Shown here: positions 30,568 to 39,195 of the stretch, one piece after another
Numbering within the stretch: the stretch's first letter is position 1
Layout of the letters: the number at the start of each line of letters is the position of its first letter
IMG/VR virus record: IMGVR_UViG_3300009709_000009
Span: 1-41,162 of that record
Length of the DNA: 41,162 nt
Strand: one strand, 5' to 3'
DNA from: a virus
Position numbers and translations under genes: made by a program
The notes under the pieces: generated by a model
What the model saw: the letters and a program-made list of their open reading frames with translations, nothing else
What the model was told of the DNA's origin: nothing
The model's database searches: none

Positions 30568-31138
30568 GTTAACTCCTATTGTTCGAGTTAAAGGAGATAG
30601 ATGGAGATTTAAGTGCGATTGCGGAAATGAAAAAGAAATATGTATGTGCCATGTTAAATCTGGAAAAATAATTAGTTGTTCGTGCTTTGGTAAGAAAAAT
30701 AGCCATAAAATTACTCATAAGAAAACAAGGACCCCATCTTATGTTTCTTGGGTAGGAATGAAGGGTAGGTGCCTCAATAAAAAAGATAGAGTTTTCCACA
30801 TGTATGGAGGAAGAGGTATTAAAATCTGTGAAAAGTGGATGACTTTTGAAGGTTTTTTTGAAGATATGGGTGAAAGAGAAAAAGGTTACACCCTTGAAAG
30901 AATAGATGTAAATGGAAATTATTGCGCAGATAATTGCCGATGGGCAACTCAATCCGAGCAGTCTAGAAATAGAAGGGTGTCTATAGATGTTGAAATTAAC
31001 GGTTTGGTTAAAAAACTTCCTGAGTGGTGTCATGATTTTAAAATTCCACCAAATGTAGCATTAAAAAGGATAAAAAGGGGATGGAGTGAAGTCGATGCCA
31101 TAACGATACCTATTCGCAATCAATCAATAGGCAGATAA
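30551..31138 (+). CDS. HNH_3-like (His-to-Arg variant) endonuclease / DNA-binding protein, AT-rich, antisense to the lysis cassette (190-195 aa).
   Basis: N-terminal Cys cluster CDCG...CMCH...CSC. YGGRGIKICEKW..FE.FF.DMG...GYTLERIDVNGNYCADNCRWATQSEQSRN is a widespread phage HNH-like pattern. The start is GTG 30551 or ATG 30566. Confidence 0.65.
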   Translation: MVKYGMLTPIVRVKGDRWRFKCDCGNEKEICMCHVKSGKIISCSCFGKKNSHKITHKKTRTPSYVSWVGMKGRCLNKKDRVFHMYGGRGIKICEKWMTFEGFFEDMGEREKGYTLERIDVNGNYCADNCRWATQSEQSRNRRVSIDVEINGLVKKLPEWCHDFKIPPNVALKRIKRGWSEVDAITIPIRNQSIGR

Positions 31139-31313
31139 GACCATCATCATCAGCAGCATAAACGGCAGCGTCAACTTTCTTACCATCTTTCAAAACCTCA
31201 ACTTTGTCACTTGCAAGCTTCTGCAGAACAGATTGGCGACCTGCTCCATATGCAAGCCAAATAACCCACGCTACAAAAAGATAACCTATAAACTTAACTA
31301 TCGGAAAGTTCAT
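31110..31313 (-). CDS. Single-TM small membrane protein, holin or lysis accessory candidate (67 aa).
   Basis: TM IVKFIGYLFVAWVIWLAYGAG. It overlaps the endolysin 3' end by 20 nt. Confidence 0.5.
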   Translation of the reverse strand: MNFPIVKFIGYLFVAWVIWLAYGAGRQSVLQKLASDKVEVLKDGKKVDAAVYAADDDGLICLLIDCE

Positions 31314-32088
31314 GACGAATATCCTTGATTGCTTTTACAATCCACCCACGCAGCGCTAGACCACCAATAAGCACAAAAACAGCTACTGCAGCCAGAGCAA
31401 GAAGCTCACGCCATCCAAAGCCAGCAAGACCTAGAGCGCCAATTCCGCCGCCTGAGAAAATAGTACCAAGCCAACCTGCAAGAGAGAATTTCTTTTTCAC
31501 CTCTTTATCTACAGAGGTGGGCATTACTGGCTTATCTACTTCCTTAGTGATAACCGAGGGCCTCTCAGGAGTTGGTTGTGAAGCCAAACCAAGTGCAAAG
31601 TCACGCACATTAGAAACGCGCTTTCCCCATCCCTTTCCAAATGTTGGCCAAGTCTTGAGACGCTTAAGAAAAGCAAGCCTGGTGTCGCACAAGGAGTTAA
31701 TTACATTCCTTGCACCCATTTCTTTAATGGCTGCAAGGGTTTTAGGTCCAACCTTGCCATCCTGAGAGACTCCGACAACCTTCTGAAGGTCCTTAACTGC
31801 TCTTACAGGACCACTATTGACTGCGTAGTCAAATACCGCGAAGTCAACGCCATCAGGCAATTCTGCTCCATGTACCTTATCCCAATACTGGCGACGATAA
31901 ACCGTCTCGATCTGTGCATCAGTTATCTTGCGTAGATCGTCCTTTGTCCCTTTTGGGTTTACGAATGAACGGAACGTAGCAAGCGTTACGCCTTTCATAG
32001 TTGCCCCGCCAGGGTCTTTAGGGTGGTCAGACCAGCCACCCTCATGTTTCAAAACCTCTTTGAGGCTTACTTTAAAGTTTCTGTCCAT
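31294..32088 (-). CDS. Endolysin: GH108 muramidase, PG_binding_3 domain and two C-terminal TM helices (264 aa).
   Basis: LKHEGGWSDHPKDPGGATMKGVT (GH108), QDGKVGPKTLAAIK (PG_binding_3), and the C-terminal hydrophobic segments LAGWLGTIFSGGGIGALGLAGFGW and LLALAAVAVFVLIGGLAL. Confidence 0.85.
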   Translation of the reverse strand: MDRNFKVSLKEVLKHEGGWSDHPKDPGGATMKGVTLATFRSFVNPKGTKDDLRKITDAQIETVYRRQYWDKVHGAELPDGVDFAVFDYAVNSGPVRAVKDLQKVVGVSQDGKVGPKTLAAIKEMGARNVINSLCDTRLAFLKRLKTWPTFGKGWGKRVSNVRDFALGLASQPTPERPSVITKEVDKPVMPTSVDKEVKKKFSLAGWLGTIFSGGGIGALGLAGFGWRELLALAAVAVFVLIGGLALRGWIVKAIKDIRHELSDS

Positions 32089-32179
32089 TTTTTAAATACC
32101 TCGTCTTTAAGATGTTCTTGCCACTGTTTTTCGGTCATTTGGCCAGAAAGATAGCACTCTAACAAATATGAATATTTCA

Positions 32180-34114
32180 TCATGAATTGTACGCTCTTAT
32201 AATTGCAAAACCAATTTCAACAGGCTCTGAAAGACTAGCTGCAGAAATGTTCCTAAGAGATAAAACAGCCAATCCTGTTTGCACATCTGATACTGTCAAA
32301 GTGTAAGAACCATACGATGCCCCACCTGTTATATTAACAATTAAAACATCAGAAGTCCTCAGGAACGAATTGTTAAAAATAAAATTAGCCAACCCACCAG
32401 CTGCAAGCAATGCATTATTCATAATGATTCGACCATTAACCCTATTAAGGGCTACAGAGGTAGCCTTAGAAGTTGCTTGAGTTACAGATCCTCCTGTCCC
32501 CACATTGTAACCCATAGGACCAAAGTTCAAGCCTATGTCTGTTGTTCCTATCAATGATGGGTGATTTGGAATAACCTCATTGTCTGCTGTCCCGTGGTTT
32601 AGGAAGTAATTTGGTCTAATTTTGTGAGTCCCATCTTCATAAACAACTGTATTCTTGATGGAGCAGCTAATAAAATCCATACCAGAAGGGAAATCATGAT
32701 TAGCAAGTGCATCAAAAATTGCGCCTGTTGCTGTTGGCTCGTAGTCTACGAAATGACAACGATAAAAAGATATACTGTCGACAAACTTAAACCATGCGCA
32801 TACTGCGGATGTCGCACCGGCGACAGCCTCAAACCTGCATAGTTCAAACTTACTTAACCATGTGTCATTATTAGCTGAATAAACTCCATCCATGTAAAGG
32901 CCGATGCTATTTGGTAGAAATAGAGCACAAGATATTCTTTTGAAATCGTTTGATATGTTATAGTTTCCTGTAGGAAGTCCACCGCCAATAATTGCAAAGC
33001 CTCTATCCTTAGGGTTAACAATTTTAACCTCGTCAAAGCTAAAACCACTACCAGATGTTATTAGTATTCCAGCTACCAAACCTCTACATTCAAGAAATAT
33101 ACCTTTTAAATCGCAATTGCTTATTTTACCTCTGTAGTTGATAAATGGAGAATTTGTTTCCGCACCATACCAACTAAATATTGTGGACACTAAAGTACCT
33201 GAAACTGCGGCTCCAGCTCCGCCACCTATTATTTTAATAGCATTTTTTGTAGACTGGTTAGCCAGACCATCGCCATCGCCAATATTAATTGTACTTCTTA
33301 TAATATACCTTCCAGAAGGAACAAATAGCGTTCCACCCCGCGCTGGTAATGCGTTAATGGCACCTTGAATAGCTGCAGTATCATCGAATGAACCATTTCC
33401 TAAAGCGCCAAAACATTTAACGCTAATTCCAAATGAAGGGATTACAATTTCCCACCATGCTCCGTCAGCAGACTGGAATTTACCAATATGAGAAGGTTCT
33501 GTTAGTACCTTTTTATACGTCGCGCCGCCACCGTCCCCAGCCGTGGAATACCCTGAAGTCTGAATAAATTCATCAGACGGAGAAAAATTCATTAAAATAG
33601 CTGAAGATCTTGTGTCTTGAAGCCTAACTTCGTTGGCTACAACAGTTACATTACCTCCAGTGGGAGTCATGCCATTTACTGACTTTACTACTACAGAATC
33701 ATTTGCCTTTAAATTCAAAGCAGATTGTGTAGCAATAGAAATTGGCTTATTGGCGTCTGAAGTGTTGTCTACGTTGCCAAGCCCTACATCCGATTTAACC
33801 AAGTTTACAGAATTACCGCTCTTCCCATTGACTGATTGAACTGCGCTATCAGCCTTAGATCCTTGTGCGCTTGATGCAATAGAAGCTCCAATCTCAGACG
33901 AAATTGATTGCTTTGTACGAAGAGGTGTCATACGTTTGACGTTGTCAGAACCTGCAACGGCTTCAGCCTCTGTTGCAACTGGAGCAACTGAATCTGTCAT
34001 CGATACGGGGTCAGTTTGCCTTACACCATCTGCGCCTTGATCTACAATAATAGCATCCCCGCTACGAAGAGGAAGTATAGCATCTGGAAGTGCATTAGGG
34101 CGAATGTCAACCAT
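32180..34114 (-). CDS. Tailspike / depolymerase with a pectate-lyase-3-type beta-helix (644 aa), AT-rich.
   Basis: CFGALGNGSFDDTAAIQGAINALPARGGTLFVPSGRYII (Pectate_lyase_3 N-cap). The N-terminal fibre repeat is SVNGKSGNSVNLVKSDVGLGNVDNTSDANKPIS. Confidence 0.8.
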   Translation of the reverse strand: MVDIRPNALPDAILPLRSGDAIIVDQGADGVRQTDPVSMTDSVAPVATEAEAVAGSDNVKRMTPLRTKQSISSEIGASIASSAQGSKADSAVQSVNGKSGNSVNLVKSDVGLGNVDNTSDANKPISIATQSALNLKANDSVVVKSVNGMTPTGGNVTVVANEVRLQDTRSSAILMNFSPSDEFIQTSGYSTAGDGGGATYKKVLTEPSHIGKFQSADGAWWEIVIPSFGISVKCFGALGNGSFDDTAAIQGAINALPARGGTLFVPSGRYIIRSTINIGDGDGLANQSTKNAIKIIGGGAGAAVSGTLVSTIFSWYGAETNSPFINYRGKISNCDLKGIFLECRGLVAGILITSGSGFSFDEVKIVNPKDRGFAIIGGGLPTGNYNISNDFKRISCALFLPNSIGLYMDGVYSANNDTWLSKFELCRFEAVAGATSAVCAWFKFVDSISFYRCHFVDYEPTATGAIFDALANHDFPSGMDFISCSIKNTVVYEDGTHKIRPNYFLNHGTADNEVIPNHPSLIGTTDIGLNFGPMGYNVGTGGSVTQATSKATSVALNRVNGRIIMNNALLAAGGLANFIFNNSFLRTSDVLIVNITGGASYGSYTLTVSDVQTGLAVLSLRNISAASLSEPVEIGFAIIRAYNS

Positions 34115-34965
34115 TAGTAAGATACCTTTATTATTTTGTTCATGATAAGAGTTGGCTGCACATTAGGATGTGCCTCATTATTGCCTGATGCATTCGTTGT
34201 AAAATTATGTGCATGTATGCCAGCAAAATCAGTTGTTCCTGAGTTGTCTATGAACTGAGATCCTTGGACTCCAAAAGTTCCATAATTTGGCCCTCTCCCT
34301 ATAGGGTGAGCATGGTTTCCTGAATTTTCTGTGGTCCCAGTATGCGTGTGTGATGGCATCTGACCATTAGTGAGAACAATATTCTGAGAGCCTCCAGACG
34401 CACCTATAGTATCAGAAGTAATTACACTGGTAAGTCTCTGAGCGGATACCCCCCCCATATTATCTTTACCAGCGCCTACGCGTCCTCTAAGATCAGGAAG
34501 AGTAATAAATTGGCCTGTTACAGAACGATTAGCTGCAGGGTCTGTCTGAGAAGTGGTGCGATAGCCAAAACCAGCAGTTGCGTTAAGTGCATTTCCAACA
34601 TAACAAGCGGCAACAAATTCAGGATATGCAGAAACTTCAATGGCCTGACCAAAGCAAAGAAGCCATGTATCAGGAGCCGTTACGCCTGCAAAATCAATTA
34701 CAGAGCCAATCGGCGTACCATTCTGAAACTGAGATAGTGTTACCGCGTTGCCGGGCTGTGTGGCTGCTCCAAGATTAGCAATCTGAAACCCAGACATTGC
34801 AAGATTAGCGCGCATTCCGCCTTGACCATCACGCGACAATGACTGAGTCATCATCGCATATAGATCTACCAAAGCAGGGTTGTGCTGAGATGGAAGAATA
34901 GTATCGCCTTGATTGACGATAGTACCGGGTAGTGGATTCGTGTTTCCGTTGCTATCGCGTGGCAT
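34114..34965 (-). CDS. Tail fibre protein with a phage tail collar domain (283 aa).
   Basis: GSVIDFAG..APDTWLLCFGQAI....YPEF...TLPDLRGRV..G......LTNGQMPSHTH matches the tail collar domain PF07484. Confidence 0.85.
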   Translation of the reverse strand: MPRDSNGNTNPLPGTIVNQGDTILPSQHNPALVDLYAMMTQSLSRDGQGGMRANLAMSGFQIANLGAATQPGNAVTLSQFQNGTPIGSVIDFAGVTAPDTWLLCFGQAIEVSAYPEFVAACYVGNALNATAGFGYRTTSQTDPAANRSVTGQFITLPDLRGRVGAGKDNMGGVSAQRLTSVITSDTIGASGGSQNIVLTNGQMPSHTHTGTTENSGNHAHPIGRGPNYGTFGVQGSQFIDNSGTTDFAGIHAHNFTTNASGNNEAHPNVQPTLIMNKIIKVSY

Positions 34966-36707
34966 TAGTTTCTTCCTTGACCATTGCTTATCAAAGCTTG
35001 TATCACACTTAGGGTGCGCGGGTCTATTGCAGACATATTTGGAGCAACCTGATTAGCCAAATAAGACTGTACTGGGCGGCTCATTAATGCGGCACCAGCT
35101 GCTCTAGGCGCTAGAAGTCCGGCGATCATACCCGGAACGCCTCCAGCCAATGCGCCGCCACCTGCAAGAATACCAGAACCAAGATTTTGCGCTCGAATAC
35201 GACCAGCGGTGCCAGAGTTTGGTAATGGCGTCATTACAGCCTGACCAGATCGAGCCAACTGATCGAAATCGCCGGTTCCTCTTGCGTATTGCCCCTGACG
35301 CCCTGATGTGGCTGCCTGACGTAGTTTTGCAGGTGAAATACTTCCTAATGCTGCATTCTCTCCTGCTCCAGTTGCGGCTTTCTCCAGCACTTTCATATTG
35401 CCGTATTCTTGACGAAGACGTGACCACGTGGCCGCATCTTCTGGAGATACGGAACGGGCCATCGCATTATCCAAAGAATTACGAACACCGCGATACGCCT
35501 CAGCCAAATCGGGCGCATTATTACGTGCGTTAAACGCCTTTTTAGTAAGGTTGGATCGAATGGACTGATACTGCTGACCAGTCATAGTTCCGTTGCCACC
35601 TTGCAACTGAAGGCCAATATCTTCTACGATATTGCCAAAGACCTTACTTTGTTCAGAAGGAAGCGTTCTGTTGTAATCTCTCATTGTTTGCGTTAGGTCA
35701 CGAAGCCAAGGCCCGTCAACTTTCAGAGTGTTTCTTGCAGATACGTCACGAAATCCTTGAGAAAGTCTATCCGCATTCGCTGACATGTTCTCAGGCGTTG
35801 CAAGCCCTTGACCGCCTGCACGTTGCATTGCTGCATTTGTGAATGCGTTGGCTTGGTCATCCATCAAAGCAGCGGCACCGCGGCCACCCAATTCTGATTC
35901 CATATAACGAAGGCTCTGCGAGCCTGTGCGTTGTCCGGCTGTTAACGGAATGCCTTCTGCTTCCAATGCGCTAATTGCAGATTGACGCTCTGGTGTAATA
36001 GAGCCCCCAAAAGGTGAAATAGCCCTAGACGCCAAGGCTGGCAAAGCAGGCGCTGCCAATGCGGCGGCAATACGTGCATAAGGCTCTAAAGCAGTGCCTT
36101 CGGTTGCTTGACCTGCGGCCTCGCTTGCCACCCCCGGAAGAACACCAAAACGGGCAAGATTGCCTGCGCCCAATCCGCCAATTGCCGCCCCCGGAAGCAT
36201 TTCTCCAACCGTTCCAGCGTACTGCCCAGTTGTCGTCTTGCCCCTGTAATCTGTTGCGCCTCCGGTTATGTTTGAAAGACCTGATTGCAACATACCTGAT
36301 GAAAGAACATTTCCAGTATCCTGAATACCAAGATTCTGCATAGCTTCAGTGCGCGTAGGCAAACCAGCCTGACGCATAGCCCATTCGGCTGCGCCGCCGC
36401 CTAAATCAGCAATGGCACCCGGTAAACCTGCAAGGCCAGCAACGCCGCGGGCAACACCTGCTCCACCAGCCTTTAATGCATCTGCTGCTGTTTGGCCCCA
36501 TGTCATTTCAGGGTTAGACAACGCAGACATTTCTGCCAACATTGCAGGATCTTCAGCTGTAGCAAATTGCTCCTGCATTGGCTGTGGTTGAGATTGTCCA
36601 AAAGAGGCTGCAATTTCATTAACGGTAGCTTCTTGCTGCTCTGGAGAGAGTTGCAAAAAACTATCGTCCACCGTTACTCGACGACCGTTGACATTAAGTG
36701 TCGCCAT
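34965..36707 (-). CDS. Internal virion / ejection protein, Gly/Ala-rich (580 aa).
   Basis: Position between the lysozyme-bearing ejection protein and the tail fibres. Low-complexity G/A-rich sequence. 1-nt start/stop overlaps on both sides. Confidence 0.5.
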   Translation of the reverse strand: MATLNVNGRRVTVDDSFLQLSPEQQEATVNEIAASFGQSQPQPMQEQFATAEDPAMLAEMSALSNPEMTWGQTAADALKAGGAGVARGVAGLAGLPGAIADLGGGAAEWAMRQAGLPTRTEAMQNLGIQDTGNVLSSGMLQSGLSNITGGATDYRGKTTTGQYAGTVGEMLPGAAIGGLGAGNLARFGVLPGVASEAAGQATEGTALEPYARIAAALAAPALPALASRAISPFGGSITPERQSAISALEAEGIPLTAGQRTGSQSLRYMESELGGRGAAALMDDQANAFTNAAMQRAGGQGLATPENMSANADRLSQGFRDVSARNTLKVDGPWLRDLTQTMRDYNRTLPSEQSKVFGNIVEDIGLQLQGGNGTMTGQQYQSIRSNLTKKAFNARNNAPDLAEAYRGVRNSLDNAMARSVSPEDAATWSRLRQEYGNMKVLEKAATGAGENAALGSISPAKLRQAATSGRQGQYARGTGDFDQLARSGQAVMTPLPNSGTAGRIRAQNLGSGILAGGGALAGGVPGMIAGLLAPRAAGAALMSRPVQSYLANQVAPNMSAIDPRTLSVIQALISNGQGRN

Positions 36708-38965
36708 TATTCAACACTCCATGTTACGCCGGTTGATGTTCTGTTTCCTGATGCGGTGCCCCCTGTGGCTCTTTGAGCCTTATCCATACCTTGCTGCACA
36801 ATCTTACGGTAATCCCTAACTGCAGCAAGGAAAGCTTCCTTACTAGTCGCTGTATCCATGCGGTTGACCGCTGCTGTAGCGGCTGCGCCTTCAGCGTTGG
36901 AAAGAGAACCCATACCGCGCATTTGCTGGATTGCAGAGAGGAACGCACCAGAAGATGCTTGTTTTACAACGTTTTGGAAGTCGTACCCAGGGGTTCCGGG
37001 AATTATATTGCCAAACGATGACCAGCCTGTGCCTATATCAATACCTGGATGATTTTCAACTTGGTCCAATATGTCCAAAGCGTTACGACCAGCCTGCATA
37101 TCTGCTGGAGCAGCGAGGCGTTTTTCAGCTTCGGCTTTGCCCTCAACTTGTCCTCCTGCAGTTTCAGCAGCAGCGGCTCTACCTGTCTCAATATTCGCTT
37201 CATTTCTCGCTGTCTGCGCAGCACCTGCAGAAAGACCGGCCCCGCGAGTTGCCATGAACTGATTGTACTCAGGTGAACCGGGCTGGAACCCAGCAGCTTT
37301 AGCCTGCTCATCCAACGCGCGGAATGTTGCAGGAAGACCACCACCATTAAGCATAAACTGCTGGTACTCAGTAGAACCAGGCTGAAGTCCTGCAGCCCGA
37401 GCTTGCGCATCCAGATTGCCAAATGCGCTATTGGCGCTAGGAACTCCGCGCTGTAGCTGTGCAGTCTGCGCTTGCAACTGTGCCAGCTGTGCTTGTTTGT
37501 ATGGATCGTTCGCATCAAGCTGTCTGCCAAGCAACAAAGAAGCTACCTGACGCTGTTGTGGAGTTGCATAAGGATCAGACAGAGCCTGAATAACGGCGGG
37601 GTTAATGCCGCCTTGTGCTTGTGACTGCTGTGGCGACGACTGCATAGAAGGAGCATCTGGGAAGTAACCAGACAATGCTTGTGCAACTGGACTTGCGCCG
37701 GTTGGAGATAATGCCCCACCAAGCATCATGTCGTTTTGGGCAAGAAGACTGGATTGTGCTGGTGATGCAGCAGGCTGCGCAGGATTAACAGGAGCGTCTG
37801 CGCCTGCTCCACCTGCATTAGATCTTTGCATCGCCGCCGCCTCAGCTTCTTGGGCGCTCAAGAACCTAGGGAACGATTGACCGCGCCCAAATTCATATTG
37901 CTGCATTGCTCCAAGGATGCCTTGCTCGTCTTCTGGATTAAATCTCACAGGTCCATTATAACCCATCCACAATGAAGGAACGTTTGTAAACTGACCATCT
38001 GGTAACTGCCAAGTTGTTGAGAGCTCAGTTGAATAGCTTCCATCTTGATTGTTTATTTGCTCTCCAGGCTGAAATGGTCGAAGATTGCTCCCATCTGGCA
38101 GAAACCCAGCATTCCACCTATCAGCAAAAGACGATGAGTTCGGTGCATTCTCAATCTGTGGCGCAACCTGCGCAATAGCCTCCTGTGGCGTTGTAGCAAC
38201 ACGCGCATACTTTGCAGCGCGAGACTGCCTATGTTCAGGTGCAGGTCGCAAGAAATTATTAACAATAGCTTGTGCAGCAGTGGCCGTGTCAGGGGAAGAT
38301 AGGATTGACTTAGCCGCTCCAGCTTCAGAGCCCTGAAGTTCATTCATAAGGAAATCAAGCTGTGCGTCCGAACTATCTACTGGCACTCCACGCTGCGCTG
38401 CGAATGCTTCATATTCACGACGACGAGGACCGGTAAGCTGGTAAAGACCAAAGCCACCACGGCTCCCAGGTACGGTAGGGTTTTGCTCATTAATGCCAGG
38501 ATTAAGGCCGCTCTCATCTTGGAAGTTCAAAATGAATGCATCAGCGATATGTGGCTGCAAACCGCGGTCAATCAACCCTTGGCGAATTTCAGGGGCGGAA
38601 GGTACAGAAACAGGAGTTCCAGTTGCAGCAGCGCTAGTTGGCGATGCGCCACCTGCTACTGCGCTCGGATAGGCCCCGCCACCTGTAAGGCCACCCAACA
38701 TTGCAGCGATTGACGACTGGCTTGCATCTGCATTGCCTTTAATTGCATTGTCGGCTTCACGACGACCGGACCCTGATTGGTATCCAAGTAATCCTTTATT
38801 AAGAACAGAAGCCCAGCCACCAGCGTCAGGGCTAGTATCTGTAGCCCTACCAATCAAAGATTGCGCAATTTCCTGACGCTGTGCAATTTGCTCAGGTGTA
38901 AGGCGCTCGCCGTTTGGCCCTGTAAAAATAGCGGGGATTAATTGTTGAAGATTGCCAATAGCCAT
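36707..38965 (-). CDS. Internal virion protein with a phage tail lysozyme domain, PF18013-like (752 aa).
   Basis: ILNFQDESGLNPGINEQ...GGFGLYQLTGPRRREYEAFAAQRG...DAQLDFLMNELQG. The remainder is Q/A/G-rich, with an internal duplication AAGLQPGSTEYQQFML / AAGFQPGSPEYNQFMA. Confidence 0.75.
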   Translation of the reverse strand: MAIGNLQQLIPAIFTGPNGERLTPEQIAQRQEIAQSLIGRATDTSPDAGGWASVLNKGLLGYQSGSGRREADNAIKGNADASQSSIAAMLGGLTGGGAYPSAVAGGASPTSAAATGTPVSVPSAPEIRQGLIDRGLQPHIADAFILNFQDESGLNPGINEQNPTVPGSRGGFGLYQLTGPRRREYEAFAAQRGVPVDSSDAQLDFLMNELQGSEAGAAKSILSSPDTATAAQAIVNNFLRPAPEHRQSRAAKYARVATTPQEAIAQVAPQIENAPNSSSFADRWNAGFLPDGSNLRPFQPGEQINNQDGSYSTELSTTWQLPDGQFTNVPSLWMGYNGPVRFNPEDEQGILGAMQQYEFGRGQSFPRFLSAQEAEAAAMQRSNAGGAGADAPVNPAQPAASPAQSSLLAQNDMMLGGALSPTGASPVAQALSGYFPDAPSMQSSPQQSQAQGGINPAVIQALSDPYATPQQRQVASLLLGRQLDANDPYKQAQLAQLQAQTAQLQRGVPSANSAFGNLDAQARAAGLQPGSTEYQQFMLNGGGLPATFRALDEQAKAAGFQPGSPEYNQFMATRGAGLSAGAAQTARNEANIETGRAAAAETAGGQVEGKAEAEKRLAAPADMQAGRNALDILDQVENHPGIDIGTGWSSFGNIIPGTPGYDFQNVVKQASSGAFLSAIQQMRGMGSLSNAEGAAATAAVNRMDTATSKEAFLAAVRDYRKIVQQGMDKAQRATGGTASGNRTSTGVTWSVE

Positions 38966-39195
38966 TAGCGCTCACCCCAACGTGAAGGGAATGAAATTCC
39001 TCCCGGCTGATTTAACATGTCTTGCATCTGTTGAGGGGCTTGACTCATCTGACCACCGCTCATCATCATAAGAGGTTGCTGCATTTGTGGTTGCATTGGC
39101 TGCTGCATAGCGAATGGCGATCCTTGTGCGCCCATAACTGGCGCTGATTGCTGTGGCTGTTGCATATTGCCGAACATATTATTAAAAAACATCAT
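38965..39195 (-). CDS. Met/Gln/Pro-rich low-complexity small protein (76 aa).
   Basis: MMFFNNMFGNMQQPQQSAPVMGAQGSPFAMQQPMQPQMQQPLMMMSGGQMSQAPQQMQDM... It has ATGA-type overlaps with both neighbours. Confidence 0.55.
   Translation of the reverse strand: MMFFNNMFGNMQQPQQSAPVMGAQGSPFAMQQPMQPQMQQPLMMMSGGQMSQAPQQMQDMLNQPGGISFPSRWGER

Noticed and set aside
32092-32182. A 38-aa ORF (MMKYSYLLECYLSGQMTEKQW...) between the tailspike and the endolysin, with its ATG overlapping the tailspike stop.
   Set aside because: It is not hydrophobic, so it is not a holin. It overlaps the endolysin start by ~20 nt in another frame. It is too short to support without conservation or Ribo-seq data.
37033-37530. A 165-aa alternative-frame ORF, and several plus-strand ORFs, within the 752-aa ejection protein gene.
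   Set aside because: The region is GC/Ala/Gln-rich and low in complexity, which generates open alternative frames. The main frame carries the lysozyme domain and coupled start/stop junctions.
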